A stretch of DNA of 64,000 nt from Eledone cirrhosa (Eukaryota): positions 3,100,001-3,164,000 of the forward strand of contig OZ024749.1 of assembly GCA_964016885.1 (NCBI GenBank), read 5' to 3'. Shown here one piece after another: positions 1-12,250 of the stretch. Within the stretch, counting starts at the first letter, position 1, and each line of letters starts with the position of its first letter. The position numbers and the translations under genes are program-made. The notes beneath the pieces are model-generated. The model was not told where the DNA came from, did no database searches, and was given only the letters and a program-made list of their open reading frames with translations.

Positions 1-515
1 AAACCGTGTGTTGAGACCGATATTGTTATACTTTGGGAGAGTCATGTTGCCAATAAGAAACACACGCACCAGTTGCTTTCACTTCAATTTATTATAATAA
101 ATTTATAAATTTAGGAATTTATAAATTTCCGGTTCGTTGGTTGGTTCCACAAACAGAAGGTTGTTTATATATTGTCAAAGTTCTTTCGTCACACATTATG
201 TGACCTCTTCAGTGACTGGGGATTCTTTTCTTTGTTTTTGTGCCTCTCCTTTGTTCTGTCCTACGCCATCTTATTTCTGTGTGCGTGTTGTGTTTTCAGT
301 CTGCGCATGCGCCACATCCGGGTGTCTGTGTGTGTTTATATTCGTTTATTTATTTGTTTATTTACATGTTACTGGTTGGTTGTTTGTTCTATGTGCGTGT
401 GTGTTTTCATTTTGTCATTAATTGTAATTTGTGATGTTGCTGTTCCACTCATGTTTTCTATTTAATTTTGGTTGTAATTCTTATTGGCTACATGACCCTC
501 CCAACGTATAACAAT
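1..515 (-). mobile_element. PLE-derived fold-back micro-element (family A) carrying an HHR; runs off the left edge
   Basis: Inverted arms at ~21-59 (ATTGTTATACTTTGGGAGAGTCATGTTGCCAATAAGAA) and ~478-515; abuts (TA)n; related copies at 31720-32000, 37335-37575 and 48003-48446. Confidence 0.7.
174..216 (-). ncRNA. Minimal type I hammerhead ribozyme
   Basis: GUCA-CUGAAGA-G-GUCACA-UAAUG-UGUGAC-GAAA-GAAC-UU^UGAC; stem I 4 bp, stem II 6 bp, minimal stem III. Confidence 0.75.
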
Positions 516-949
516 ATATATATATATATATATATATAAGAGTATTGAAGATTGCTTGAAGCATTGTGGAATAATAAGATTTATTTTCATTTGGTCGTTT
601 TGGAAGCCTCAACAATGCAGATAGATAAATCTACGGGTAATAGGATACGGTTGTAAATAGAGAGATGTAAGGGAATGTAGAATGAGATGTATAGTGTGTA
701 GAGGAACGTAGGAAAGAGCGTAAACAATAAAAATGATAACACGAGATATAGTTACCTTGGGAGAGATTTAATTGTCACTATATTTCGGATTCGTATCCAT
801 CAACTCGGACGTTTTCGGCGGTGGTGGCGGGGGTGGTGGAGTGAACTTATCTGTCGGAGAGGAACGGTACGTGGGTGGCCTCTGCTGTTCGCTGTTTGTC
901 ACATGTATAAATATAGATACACACAAACACACACACAAACACACACACA

Positions 950-1046
<97 letters not shown>

Positions 1047-1097
1047 CAGGAAAGAAGGTTGACATGGTTTGCTATACAAAAAAGGTTTAATCACATA

Positions 1098-1203
1098 GCT
1101 TACATTTGTTTCACTGAGCTGGCAGGTCTAGAGATCGCTATTCGCTTATTTTCGCGTTACTCGATCGCAAATACAAAATTATAACCAGTCAGATCTTCGG
1201 AGC
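1098..1203 (-). ncRNA. Hammerhead ribozyme, U4C core variant with long stem II insertion
   Basis: GCU-CCGAAGA-U-CUGACUGG-(~60 nt)-CCAG-C-UCAG-U-GAAA-CAAAUG-UA^AGC, lying ~55 nt from a (TA)n tract. Confidence 0.6.
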
Positions 1204-1612
1204 ATGCGAGAATGAAGAAAATACACAGGCAAGAAAAGAATAGAATATACAGGCTACTATATGAAGTAGTAATGGCATTCAATTAGAACAATAACAACAA
1301 TTACAACAATGCTATCAATAAATTATTTATTTAAGGAGACCCTGACATTACTTAGTTGGGGGGGGGGGCATATAATGTATCTAACGTTACGGCGTCTAAA
1401 ACTAGCTGTCATGAGGCAAAAGAAAGCGTTTGGCATGTACAGAGTATCGAAGTGTCTATCAATTTTAAATTTTAAAGATAAGCTACTGTTTACAGTCTTT
1501 CTCTTCATCATCAATAGTATACATGAGTGGGACAAATAGATGTTGAGTCAATACAGAGGTTAACGAAGTAATATACGCATATATTTACGCACACACATAC
1601 ACACACACACAT

Positions 1613-1671
<59 letters not shown>

Positions 1672-2577
1672 TGCATGTGTACATAGACACATACATACAC
1701 ATCAATATACACTCGTACAAAAATATACATACATGCAAAGAGATAAGCGTGCTAATTGTAATTATGGCAAAAAGAAGGTAGAGTTACATTGTAGTAGTGA
1801 TTTGAGAAAAACTAGGATTTAGGATCAAATGATGACAGCAGCTGAGAAGGAATAAGTTTGTTGGTAGATGAGGTATTTACAGACAATTATGCGGTATAGA
1901 CTTGTGAAGGATATAGTATACTTAATCAATATATTTCTGTGGGTAGTAGTTATCCTAATTTAAAGCTATGTTATGTTGGTTCGATTCACGGAGGTTTCAA
2001 TCTTATGAATTTAGTGGCTATTCTATGTCTGCAGAAGATAGATCTTTCTAATTTATTGTTAAGTAGCCTTTTTACATTTCTAAGGATATACAATAGCTCA
2101 AGATCACATAGCCCGCAATAGGACATCCCTGTACTATAGGTTTTAGCAGCCGACAACTTCGACCAGTTGATATTGTAGTTAGTGTTGCTGTCCTTCAATT
2201 CCCATATTTTTTTGGAGTATGAAAACGCCTAGTTGAGTCAAACCAAGCCAAGCGTTAATATCATCCACTACCTGGAATACCATAACTGGACTTTACCTAG
2301 GTGGACTGCATTTAACTATTATTTGTTACCCCGTATATATATATATATATATATAAATAAAGATTCAGCGAGAATCGCATTTCGGCGAAGCGAAACGCAA
2401 AAATCAGAAATGATACTGGCAAATTGCTAAATAGTTAAAAGCCAGCGCTAAACAATATGTTAAGAAGCCATACAAAGCTGAAAAGGTGGTCAAGAAGGCA
2501 TTAACTAGCCAAGCAAACAACCAAATGAAGTTAGACTGGTCAAAACAAAATAAATGATAAAAAATAAATGATAAATA

Positions 2578-2640
<63 letters not shown>

Positions 2641-2643
<3 letters not shown>

Positions 2644-2858
2644 CAAAGGGATTGTGGTAAGGAACCAGATGGACCATAACGCACCATAGTACTCAATAAT
2701 TAGGGTAGTAGAGTGGGAAATAAGAAAATGTATGACCCCGAAGGCAGAGCTCAAGCCGTTTCGACGGCTATTTCTGGAGTAGAAATGGGCGTCGAAACAG
2801 CCAGAAATAGCCCTCGAAACGTCTTGAATTCTGCCATCGGGGTCATACTTTTTCCTAT
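2641..2858 (-). mobile_element. Fold-back micro-element (family B) between (TA)n tracts
   Basis: Shared sequence GGAACCAGATGGACCATAACGCACC...GCTCAAGCCGTTTCGACGGC with an internal inversion; other copies at 3645-3850, 20779-20975, 35985-36088, 42548-42722 and 47739-47975. Confidence 0.75.
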
Positions 2859-2907
2859 ATATATACAATATATTAACAAATGGAAACTATATTTATAAAA
2901 CCATGTT

Positions 2908-2973
2908 TATTTCATTATACATATTTCAAAGGCCACCACAGCAATCTATGGTGCGCTTTCATTAGATAAAATA
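2908..2973 (-). ncRNA. Degenerate hammerhead (family D; core CUAAUGA, G5A, probably inactive)
   Basis: UAUUUUAU-CUAAUGA-...-GAAA-UAUGUA-UA^AUGAAAUA; homologous to 12186-12250. Confidence 0.6.
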
Positions 2974-3076
2974 TAATATAGGTTAGTTTTATAAACGAAT
3001 ATTGACATACCCTTAAAAAATGCAACACATCCGGTTTGAATCTCCTGTATCCCAACAAATTAAATATAACATCTAC

Positions 3077-3146
<70 letters not shown>

Positions 3147-3260
3147 CATGAAACCAAATACTAGATCATTTGTGCTGCATCTCTGTTTTTTGTTTTTTGT
3201 TCATATATTAAACTATATATACTTATATACAGACATATACACATTTATACACTCACCAAT

Positions 3261-3415
<155 letters not shown>

Positions 3416-3526
3416 CATATATATTAAAAAATATATATAATATATAATATATATATTTATATATGTATATACATATATAAAAATATATATAATATATAAT
3501 ATATATATTTATATATGTATATACAT

Positions 3527-3571
<45 letters not shown>

Positions 3572-3644
3572 TATATATATTTATGTATACATTTATACGC
3601 ATATATACAAAGATACACATACATATATATATATAAATATATAT

Positions 3645-3850
3645 AGGAACCAGTAAGACCCCGACAGCTGAGCTCAAGCCGTTTCGATCGACGGCTAATT
3701 CTGGACTCAGTCCAGAATTAGCCGTCGAAACGGCTTGAGCTCAGCTGTCGGGGTCTTACTGGTTCCTATTACCCACTCTACTACCTCAAGTATTGAGTAC
3801 TTTGGTGCGTTATGGTCCACCTGGTTCCTTACCACATTTCCTTCGTTATA
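3645..3850 (+). mobile_element. Family B fold-back micro-element
   Basis: Near-perfect inverted arms around ~3708, then the tail ending CCTTCGTTA(TA)n. Confidence 0.75.
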
Positions 3851-4021
3851 AATATATATATATATATTTATATATCCAGGGGGTGTAACTAGGAGTTACT
3901 GCAGGTTCACCCGGGAGAGCACTCGATGTTTAGGCTCACTTCTGTAAGGAGGTCTAGAGCTATACAGAGTGTAATATATTGAAAGGAGGTAATCAATTGT
4001 CCTTGTTATCCTTTCAATATG

Positions 4022-4062
<41 letters not shown>

Positions 4063-4208
4063 ATATATATATATATATACACACACACATACACGTACAT
4101 ACACATATACGCATGTACATGTATATACGTATATGTGTATGTACGTGTATGTGTGTGTACATATATGTATATATATTTGTATATATATATTTATATATGT
4201 AAATACAT

Positions 4209-4283
<75 letters not shown>

Positions 4284-4947
4284 TACACATGTATACAAAT
4301 ATTTAATAGATACACACGTGTGTTTGTCTCCCCAAGGGTTACGATGTTGGGTTGACAATCATATTGTCATTGCTCCGATATCTGGAGCTGGTAGCCGTTT
4401 GTATTTTTGAACAGAGAATTTATCATCAATGGAGTGACAAATAGAAACATCGTTTCTGGAATTCGATCTGACAAATGGTTCCTTTTTTTCTTCTATTTAT
4501 ACTGGATACAGATAAATAGACAAACAGAAGGAGAGTGAGTGAATGAGACAATGTATGATAAAGACAGGGGAGGGGGACGAGTGAGAAAGAGAAAGAAGGA
4601 CATCATATAATAAAGAAATTATCAATCATAATGAACAACCGTTTTAGGAGTTTGATTTACAAACATGGAATGGTGGAAGAGCAAACTTAATCTGCACGGA
4701 ATCTAAAACGAGATGCAAAACTGTGAATGATATATTAAAGGTAGTGGGGGGGTGCTCATCATGTTTAACGTCTTCGGAGATTTAATAGAGAGAAGTATAT
4801 TGGAAATAAATGGAAAGAACTGGGAAACAAATTCAAAAATGATAGGATACGAAGAATACCAGAACGTGCGTGAAAGGAGAGAGAAGAGAAGATAGAGGAG
4901 AGTGATAGAAACAGAGATAGAGGGAGTGAGACATAAATAACGAAAGA

Positions 4948-4949
<2 letters not shown>

Positions 4950-5035
<86 letters not shown>
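4950..5035. repeat. (GA)n microsatellite
   Basis: Direct reading of the sequence. Confidence 0.95.
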
Positions 5036-5041
<6 letters not shown>

Positions 5042-5341
5042 GAAAGAAATAGAGAGAGAGTGAGAGAGGGAAAGACAAAAAAGAGTGAGAAAGAGAAAGA
5101 GAAAATGATAGATAATAACAGGATTCGGACTGATAAATATGCAATCAAAACGTTGAATTGAATTGATAATTATATATATATATAGATATATATAAGGCAG
5201 TGGTACATACGTACATTCACACACACACATAGACAGACACACAAACACAAACACACAGGTACACATACACACGCATATATATGTTTACATATATATATAT
5301 ATATATGTGTGTGTGTATATATATATATGTATGTTTGTGTT

Positions 5342-5422
<81 letters not shown>

Positions 5423-5927
5423 GTTTTTCTAGAGTAGACAAAGGAACCGACATTTTTTCATAAGGTCAATATGAAGATTGCTTTTAAAAGATGAAAAAAA
5501 AAAGGAGAAAAACATAATAATGCCGCGAGGCAAAATGATGGATATTTTATGCTGAAAGTATTGATTTTATTCAACACTGCACATTTTTCACTCTTCAAAC
5601 TCCGAAATCAGTCAATACTTGTAGCTAAGCAAACTAACAGAAGAATGGTTTTAGTGAACAAAAGTGTATACAAATATTTAAGTTTGTATCCAACAGGTTT
5701 ATAGACAAGAAATAAACATAAAAAAATGAACTGGGGGAAAATTAAAGGTAAAGTGTGGTAAAGACAGGGCTGTGATAAAGTGGTTAACACAGAGCATCGT
5801 TACTGCTAGTAGTACAACTTTCTACAACTACTGCTAGTAATAATAATAATACAATAAATAGCAGCAACACTACTAGTATGGCTACTACTACTAATAATAC
5901 TATTACTCCTACTACATATAATAATTA

Positions 5928-6580
5928 TTTCCAGCTTTCGCACAGTTTGAAGGTAGATGAAAGTGGATATAATCCACCCCAGTGCGTTACTGGTATATTA
6001 TTTTATTGACATCATAAAGATGAAATGCAAGGCTAACCTCAAAGGGGTCTGAACTCAGAACGTAAACGGAGCTTATTATACGTCGCAAAGCGAGTTTTCC
6101 GATGATCCACCGTACTGCCAATCTACCCTGCTGACAAATACTACTTATAAGAATGGTTTCTAATTAAAGGGCACGTCCAAGTATTTGTTGGGGGGAGAGA
6201 AAAGCCGATCAAATTGAACCGACTGCTTTACTGGCACTTCTTCATTTTATCGATCGCAGAAGGATGAAAGTTACATAGCAGATGATTGAAACGAAATACT
6301 GCGATACATGGCATCTATCACGTTAGTCAGTCTGCCAATCCAAATACCTTATAGTATTAATTGTTTCTGATATAGGCACAAGGCCAGCAATTTGGGGGGA
6401 AGGGGAAAGTCGATGAAATCGACCCCAATGCAATGCTAGTACATTATTTTATCGTCCCCGCAAGGAGGAAAGGCCAAGCTAACCTCGGCGTGATTTGAAC
6501 AAATAACGTAAAGAGACGTAACTATATACCGTAAAACATATTGCCCGACGTTCTACCGATACTGCAAATCTACTCACCCT
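5928..6580 (-). mobile_element. Cluster of three diverged tRNA-derived SINE copies
   Basis: Three repeats of the ..ACTGGTAC..TTTTATCGAC..GGATGAAAG..AACCTCGGCG..TTTGAAC..CTGCCAATC signature at ~5928-6128, ~6153-6345 and ~6359-6580. Confidence 0.75.
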
Positions 6581-6816
6581 AATGATAACAAATAATAATG
6601 ACTTAGATATATATATATATATATGCATTTAGTGAGTTTACACAGCCACCACCCCATGTATATATAAATTTGTAAATTTTGTAAATTAGTGGCTAGTTGA
6701 GAGATGGAGTGCTATCGAGTGCCCGTTGCTAATAGCTTTACCGTGTCGGACATCACACGGCCGGCATATACTGGTCTTGGGATTCTGTTGAATGGTTGGT
6801 TATTGATTAGGCGATA

Positions 6817-6926
6817 CCCGCTGATGAAGCCGCATAAGTCAATTGTGCATTGTTGCATAATATATGCAGGCAGATGGTGCAGTGCACCTTACTGTTGCAT
6901 TAGTGCGGCAGAAACTCGCGTCCGGG
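6817..6926 (+). ncRNA. Type I hammerhead ribozyme with ~70-nt stem II insertion
   Basis: CCCG-CUGAUGA-A-GCCGCA-(69 nt)-UGCGGC-A-GAAA-CUCGCG-UC^CGGG; canonical core with GUC triplet; lies in a ~410-bp segment (6665-7073) bounded by TA runs. Confidence 0.8.
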
Positions 6927-7071
6927 AACCTTATAGGCACCCGTTTTACGTGTTTTATGTCGAAGCAAATAACTTTGTGTATACTCTGGGAATATATCTT
7001 ACATTGCCCATGGAGTGCGCTCAGATACAACCGGTACTGGCATTGATAAATATACTGGGCTCGTCAACCCT

Positions 7072-7090
<19 letters not shown>

Positions 7091-7114
<24 letters not shown>

Positions 7115-7742
7115 AAAGAATAAACACCTACTACTTACGGCTACAAGAACTAAAGGGCACGCTCATAGGCAGGGAATACCATGCATCACTAATTGACAAT
7201 GGAATCCAACGTGCCCTAAAACTCAGTACCCAGGATCTTAGACACCCTAAAGTAAATCAACCGAAACTAAAAGCTCTTCCATACATCTCCACACACAACC
7301 CCCTCAACAATGAGGCCTTTGACACCATCCTCCAGACCATCCCTGTGTTGAAAAAGGACCATAGAATGAACCAAATCCTACGAACACACGATTTCATAAA
7401 GAGCAAAAGACAATTAAAGTCAATGAAAAACATCCTAACACATGCGCATCAGAAAATCTAACATATGTATTAACTCGCTCAGGTTGTCGAGAACAATACA
7501 TAGGCCAGACCAAACAAAGCCTCCGCCAAAGCATGACTGTCCATAGATCCCAAATTAAAATACGGGAATACAGGAAAATACCACTGAGTGAACACATTTA
7601 TACCTGTGCCACCCAAAATCATCCCAACTTCAGAATCTTTCCACTCTACAAATTTAAAGATAATGCCACCCACACCCAGCGCATCAGCAAGGAATCTCAT
7701 TTTATTAACAAATACGGACCCCGTCTAAACACTTCTCCCTAA
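7091..7742 (+). pseudogene. Penelope-like element 3' fragment (RT thumb/linker + GIY-YIG endonuclease), Neptune-like
   Basis: ..LPYISTHNP..KSKRQLKSMKNILTHA.. then, across a frame change, NLTYVL..CREQYIGQT..TVHRSQI..LSEH..KESHFINKY..LN; starts at a (TA)n tract. Confidence 0.75.
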
Positions 7743-8850
7743 GACGAACCCACAACATACACACGTCAATATACATACCTACATCAGCATACATATCTAG
7801 CCATATATAAACACAATGACATACGTAAACACACATGTTCTATGGTGCAACACAAATATACACAAATTTGCATACCTTTTGATGTCTATAGATATAAACG
7901 TGCCGACACACACACATACATATACGCACACATGCATTGCACACTGATGAGCACATACATATTTGTACACAAGTATTCCAATACGGCAAGGCCTAATGGA
8001 TTGCCCTTGCAGTACGTACAATCTGGACACTCACACACACCTTGGTGTTATGCCAATACTATATATCATTTCACACCTTTTATTATTAAGGTTTTTGATG
8101 TTCTATTGAGAGAATCGTTTTTACTGAAACTAACGAATAATGTACACCATTTTTACCAGTATCACAAATATACTGGTCCACCCACACACACACACATATG
8201 CTCACACACACACACACATATATACACACACACATATATACACACACACATACACACGCGTACATTAACATACAAAGAGACATATACACATACACACACA
8301 CACACACTTCTCCGTATAAGACAAGAGCTGAAAATATCTTTTAACATGTTAAAATATACCCCACATACACGTACAAACCCATTCCTACTGCCCATCTCTC
8401 TACCACGAATTACTCTGCTACACACACACACACACACATACTTGTCTTAATAGGCATTTGAACTGTCAACAGGCTTCGGGTCGCACACATATCCCTGCTG
8501 ACCATTATCACAACAACGAACCTCTTTACTACTATTACACACACACACATATTTGTCTTGAAAGACTTATTTTTCAGTGACTTCTCAATCAACCGGGACA
8601 AACCTACATTTGGCGCAAAATCAATTTTTAACATTCACATGACCTCTACCGACCAATCAAAATTGTTTTTAACGACAAGAATTTTTACATACATCTAGAG
8701 CCACTTTTTTAACATAAAACTGGTAGAATTTCCAAAACTAATCAGGTTAGAGCAAACATCACGGGCGCTCTATCTCAAAATTATTTTTGTAAAGCATTAG
8801 AAATGCGCAACCGGTAAAACTTAAAACCAAAACTGAATACTAACCAATAC

Positions 8851-9038
8851 TTGTTTCTACTTTAGGCACAAGGCCAGCAAATACCCAGTGCATTACTGGT
8901 ACTTTATGTTATCGACCCCGTAAGGATGAAACGCAAAGTCAACCTCGGCGGGATTTGAACTCAGATCGTAAAGGGACGTAACTATGCTGGAAAGCATGGC
9001 GTCCGACCCTCCACCGATACTGCCAATCTACCGCCCTA
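8851..9038 (-). mobile_element. tRNA-derived SINE with target-site duplication (TSD)
   Basis: A-box TGGCAGTATCGG and B-box GAGTTCAAATCC on the minus strand; flanking direct repeat TGAATACTAACCAATACT at 8834-8851 and 9039-9056. Confidence 0.85.
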
Positions 9039-9235
9039 TGAATACTAACCAATACTATTACTAATTTTTACTTATTCCTAATTAAACTATTTTTCACTGG
9101 GAACCATTTGTCAGCATTTTCTTTTCCTTTTACCATTATATATATATATATAGTAATAATAATAAATTTGAAGACTAAAATCCAAAGTGGGCTCGATAAG
9201 GATAAATATATATCAAATATATAAGAACCGTAGAG

Positions 9236-9325
<90 letters not shown>

Positions 9326-9326
<1 letters not shown>

Positions 9327-10780
9327 CTAGCAGTTTAGCCCGGCGCTGCTCGGGTTTGTTCATTTGCTATGAACAGTTACATACAGGTAAGCGTGGTTTG
9401 AAAGCGAATAAGCTTATCAATTAAGTGCATAAACAGTTGATTAAAAGTTACAAACCAATTACTATTTGGGACAATCAATGATGGGTTAATAATCTCCCAA
9501 TAGCGAATTTAGCAGAGCAAATTTGCAAGATGGTGGCCCTGATGCCGCTGGGTGTCAGATGTGTCCGCCATGGGTGACCCCACCAGGAAATAGTTTTTCA
9601 GACGGCATAGCTCCAACACCTCCATCACCTGCACCAACATCTATAGCACCTCTTTGTAGACGATATTGCGTGTCATCCCTTGAGGAGTGTAAGCAAAAAG
9701 TACAATCCTGCTCCCTACGCGGGGACAGGCAACTTAAAGTTGGTCATGGGAGAAGCATGGCTCCCCCAAATGAATGCCCGCCACCGACAATGTTTGCCCT
9801 TGTGACTTGTTAATGGACATGGCAAAACATGGTCTCACCGGGAATTGGGATCGCCGGAAATCGAACGGGATATCTGACGCCGAGGGGAAAAGGTTCATCC
9901 TTCGCAGTGTATTTGGCAGAATTGCCAGAAGTACAACACTATGTGTGTTGTCATATTAATATTTAACCAATGAAAGACGTAACAAATAAATAATTTAAAC
10001 ATTACGATTCATATGACTATAGCATTAATGAAGTGTTATTTTGCGGGTTGTTATTTGCAATAAGCCGATTTAAAATACCCCAGAAAAGCCGTATGTCAAT
10101 ACGGAACTCCAATGACTCCCCCACCAGTTAAATTATAGAGAGAGGGAATAATCTATTATAGAGAGAGGGAAGAGCGATGGAGAGAGTAAAGCTAAGAAAC
10201 TATAGGGAGGTGTGTAAAACAGTGTTGTCATATAGAGAGTGAGGAGCGACAGAGAGTAAAGCAGTTAAATTATAGAGAGGAAGAATAATTTATTAAATAG
10301 AGAGGGAAGAGCAATGGAGAGAATAGAGCTAAGAAAATATGGGGAGGTGTGTTAAACCTCAAAACATGAAGAGAGTAAAGCAGATAAATTATAGAGAGGG
10401 GGATTGATCAATTATAGAGAGGGGGAAAAGCGACGGAGAGAGCGTTATGACTACGTTTGTTGTTGTATAAAATGATGGGTTGCTTAGTTTTCAAAGTTTA
10501 TGTCGCGTTCCTGAACGAAGTTTTGTCGCTGTTGTGTAGTAGAGAGAGTGAATAAGCATGTAAGAGAGAGAGAGAGAGAGTTACAACATGTATTTAGTTT
10601 TATACATTTTTTTCATAGGTGTAGGGCATTTTTGGCAAAGTTTATTACGCGTTGACCATCGTTGATAAATTTGGAGCACATTGGAAGAAATAAATCATCA
10701 AAATCGGTAGAGAAATATGGAAATGCATAAAAATCATACACACACACAGACATACATCTTCCGTTATATATATAGAGAGA
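9326..10780 (+). mobile_element. Non-autonomous Helitron/Helentron-like element with internal GC-rich insert and loose GA-rich tandem repeat
   Basis: 5' end ACTAGCAGTTTAGCCCGGCGCTGCTCGGG (subterminal hairpin) and 3' end ..CAAAATCGG..ACAGACATACATCTTCCGTTATATATATAGA resemble Lep1/HINE-type ends; tandem repeat at ~10125-10445. Confidence 0.5.
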
Positions 10781-10836
10781 TATATATATGCATAAGGTAA
10801 AAAGCAAGTAAATATGATACACACACATAAACACAC

Positions 10837-10889
<53 letters not shown>

Positions 10890-11092
10890 TATGTATACGT
10901 ACATACATATATGTATATAGACATACAGTAGTATGTATGTACATACATACATTCACACATATATACAGGTAGGTATGGGTTTACCGAACATTTATTATAA
11001 TGCTCGGTTGGTTTGTAAACAAACAGCCCGAATTATTAACCGTACAGTGTTCGGCAACCATCGTGGCCCTTTTGTTCAACACTGACAAAGGA

Positions 11093-11135
11093 ACGATGAA
11101 CTAGTTTCTAGCTTATTAGCTGTCATCAGCACCGT
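11093..11135 (-). ncRNA. Minimal hammerhead ribozyme (tandem unit, GUU site)
   Basis: ACGGUG-CUGAUGA-C-AGC-UAAUAA-GCU-A-GAAA-CUAG-UU^CAUCGU; palindromic stem III ACUAGU. Confidence 0.8.
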
Positions 11136-11517
11136 ATACCTTCCTGTCAGTCGATTGAACATTTGAAAGTATATACTTTCGTTATGCACATTAACGGCTG
11201 AGCAGCCTAATTTGCATATCAAGTTAGTTAGTCGGCCGAGCGTATCGAAAACGATAAATAGAAAAAATGAAATTTCCTTTCTCACTCTTAGTACGGCTGT
11301 TACTTAAATATAAGTATGTATACGTACATACATATATGTATACAGACGTAGAGTAGTATGTATATACATACATACATGCACACATATATACATGTACGTA
11401 TGAGTTTACCGAATATTTATTATAATGCTCGGTTGGTTTGTAAACAAATAACCCGAATTATTATCCGTACAGTGTTCGGCAATCATCGTTGCCCTTTTGT
11501 TCAACACTGACAAAGGA

Positions 11518-11560
11518 ACGATGGACTAGTTTCTAGCTTATTATCTGTCATCAGCACCCT
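11518..11560 (-). ncRNA. Minimal hammerhead ribozyme (tandem unit, GUC site)
   Basis: AGGGUG-CUGAUGA-CAGAUAAUAAGCUA-GAAA-CUAG-UC^CAUCGU; exactly 425 nt from the other copy. Confidence 0.75.
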
Positions 11561-11730
11561 ATACCTTCCTGTCAGTCGATTGAACGCTTGAAGGTATATA
11601 TTTTCCTTATGCATATTAACGGCTGAGCAGCCTAATTTTCATATCGTCTGTATACATATATGTATGTACGTATACTTACTTATATTTAAGTATCAGTCGT
11701 ACTAAGTGTGAGAACTTTCGTTCATTTTTA

Positions 11731-11829
<99 letters not shown>

Positions 11830-11872
11830 CGAAACATAAGTCAATTGCATGACCTCATAATCCTTTATTTAT

Positions 11873-11985
<113 letters not shown>

Positions 11986-12024
11986 GATATTAATAAATGG
12001 AAACTATATTTATAAAACCATATT

Positions 12025-12089
12025 TATTTCATTATATATATTTCAAGGATACCAAGTTAAATTATGGTATGCCTTCATCAGACAAAATA
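12025..12089 (-). ncRNA. Hammerhead ribozyme (inverted copy)
   Basis: Exact reverse complement of 12186-12250. Confidence 0.75.
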
Positions 12090-12185
12090 CAATATATCAC
12101 AGTTTTATAAATAGACATTGACGTACCCTTTAAAGAGTGACCGTTGCTTTTGGAGGCCATCAGGATATAAAACTGTTATATATTG

Positions 12186-12250
12186 TATTTTGTCTGATGA
12201 AGGCATACCATAATTTAACTTGGTATCCTTGAAATATATATAATGAAATA
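12186..12250 (+). ncRNA. Type I hammerhead ribozyme (family D)
   Basis: UAUUUUGU-CUGAUGA-AGGCAUACCA-UAAUUUAACU-UGGUAUCCUU-GAAA-UAUAUA-UA^AUGAAAUA; 8-bp stem I including two G-U pairs, palindromic stem III. Confidence 0.75.

Larger units (their letters stand above)
10885..11732 (-). mobile_element. Tandem 425-bp HHR-bearing repeat (two units) with terminal inverted arm
   Basis: 10885-11220 is repeated at 11310-11645; 11645-11715 is the reverse complement of ~11278-11348; related copy at 33330-33585. Confidence 0.8.

Noticed and set aside
575-630. Possible hammerhead remnant on the minus strand (UUGAGG..AAAAC)
   Set aside because: Both core boxes and the cleavage triplet are too degenerate to call
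2360-2420. HHR-like CUGAUUU..GAAA on the minus strand
   Set aside because: G8 and A9 are absent and no stem I was found
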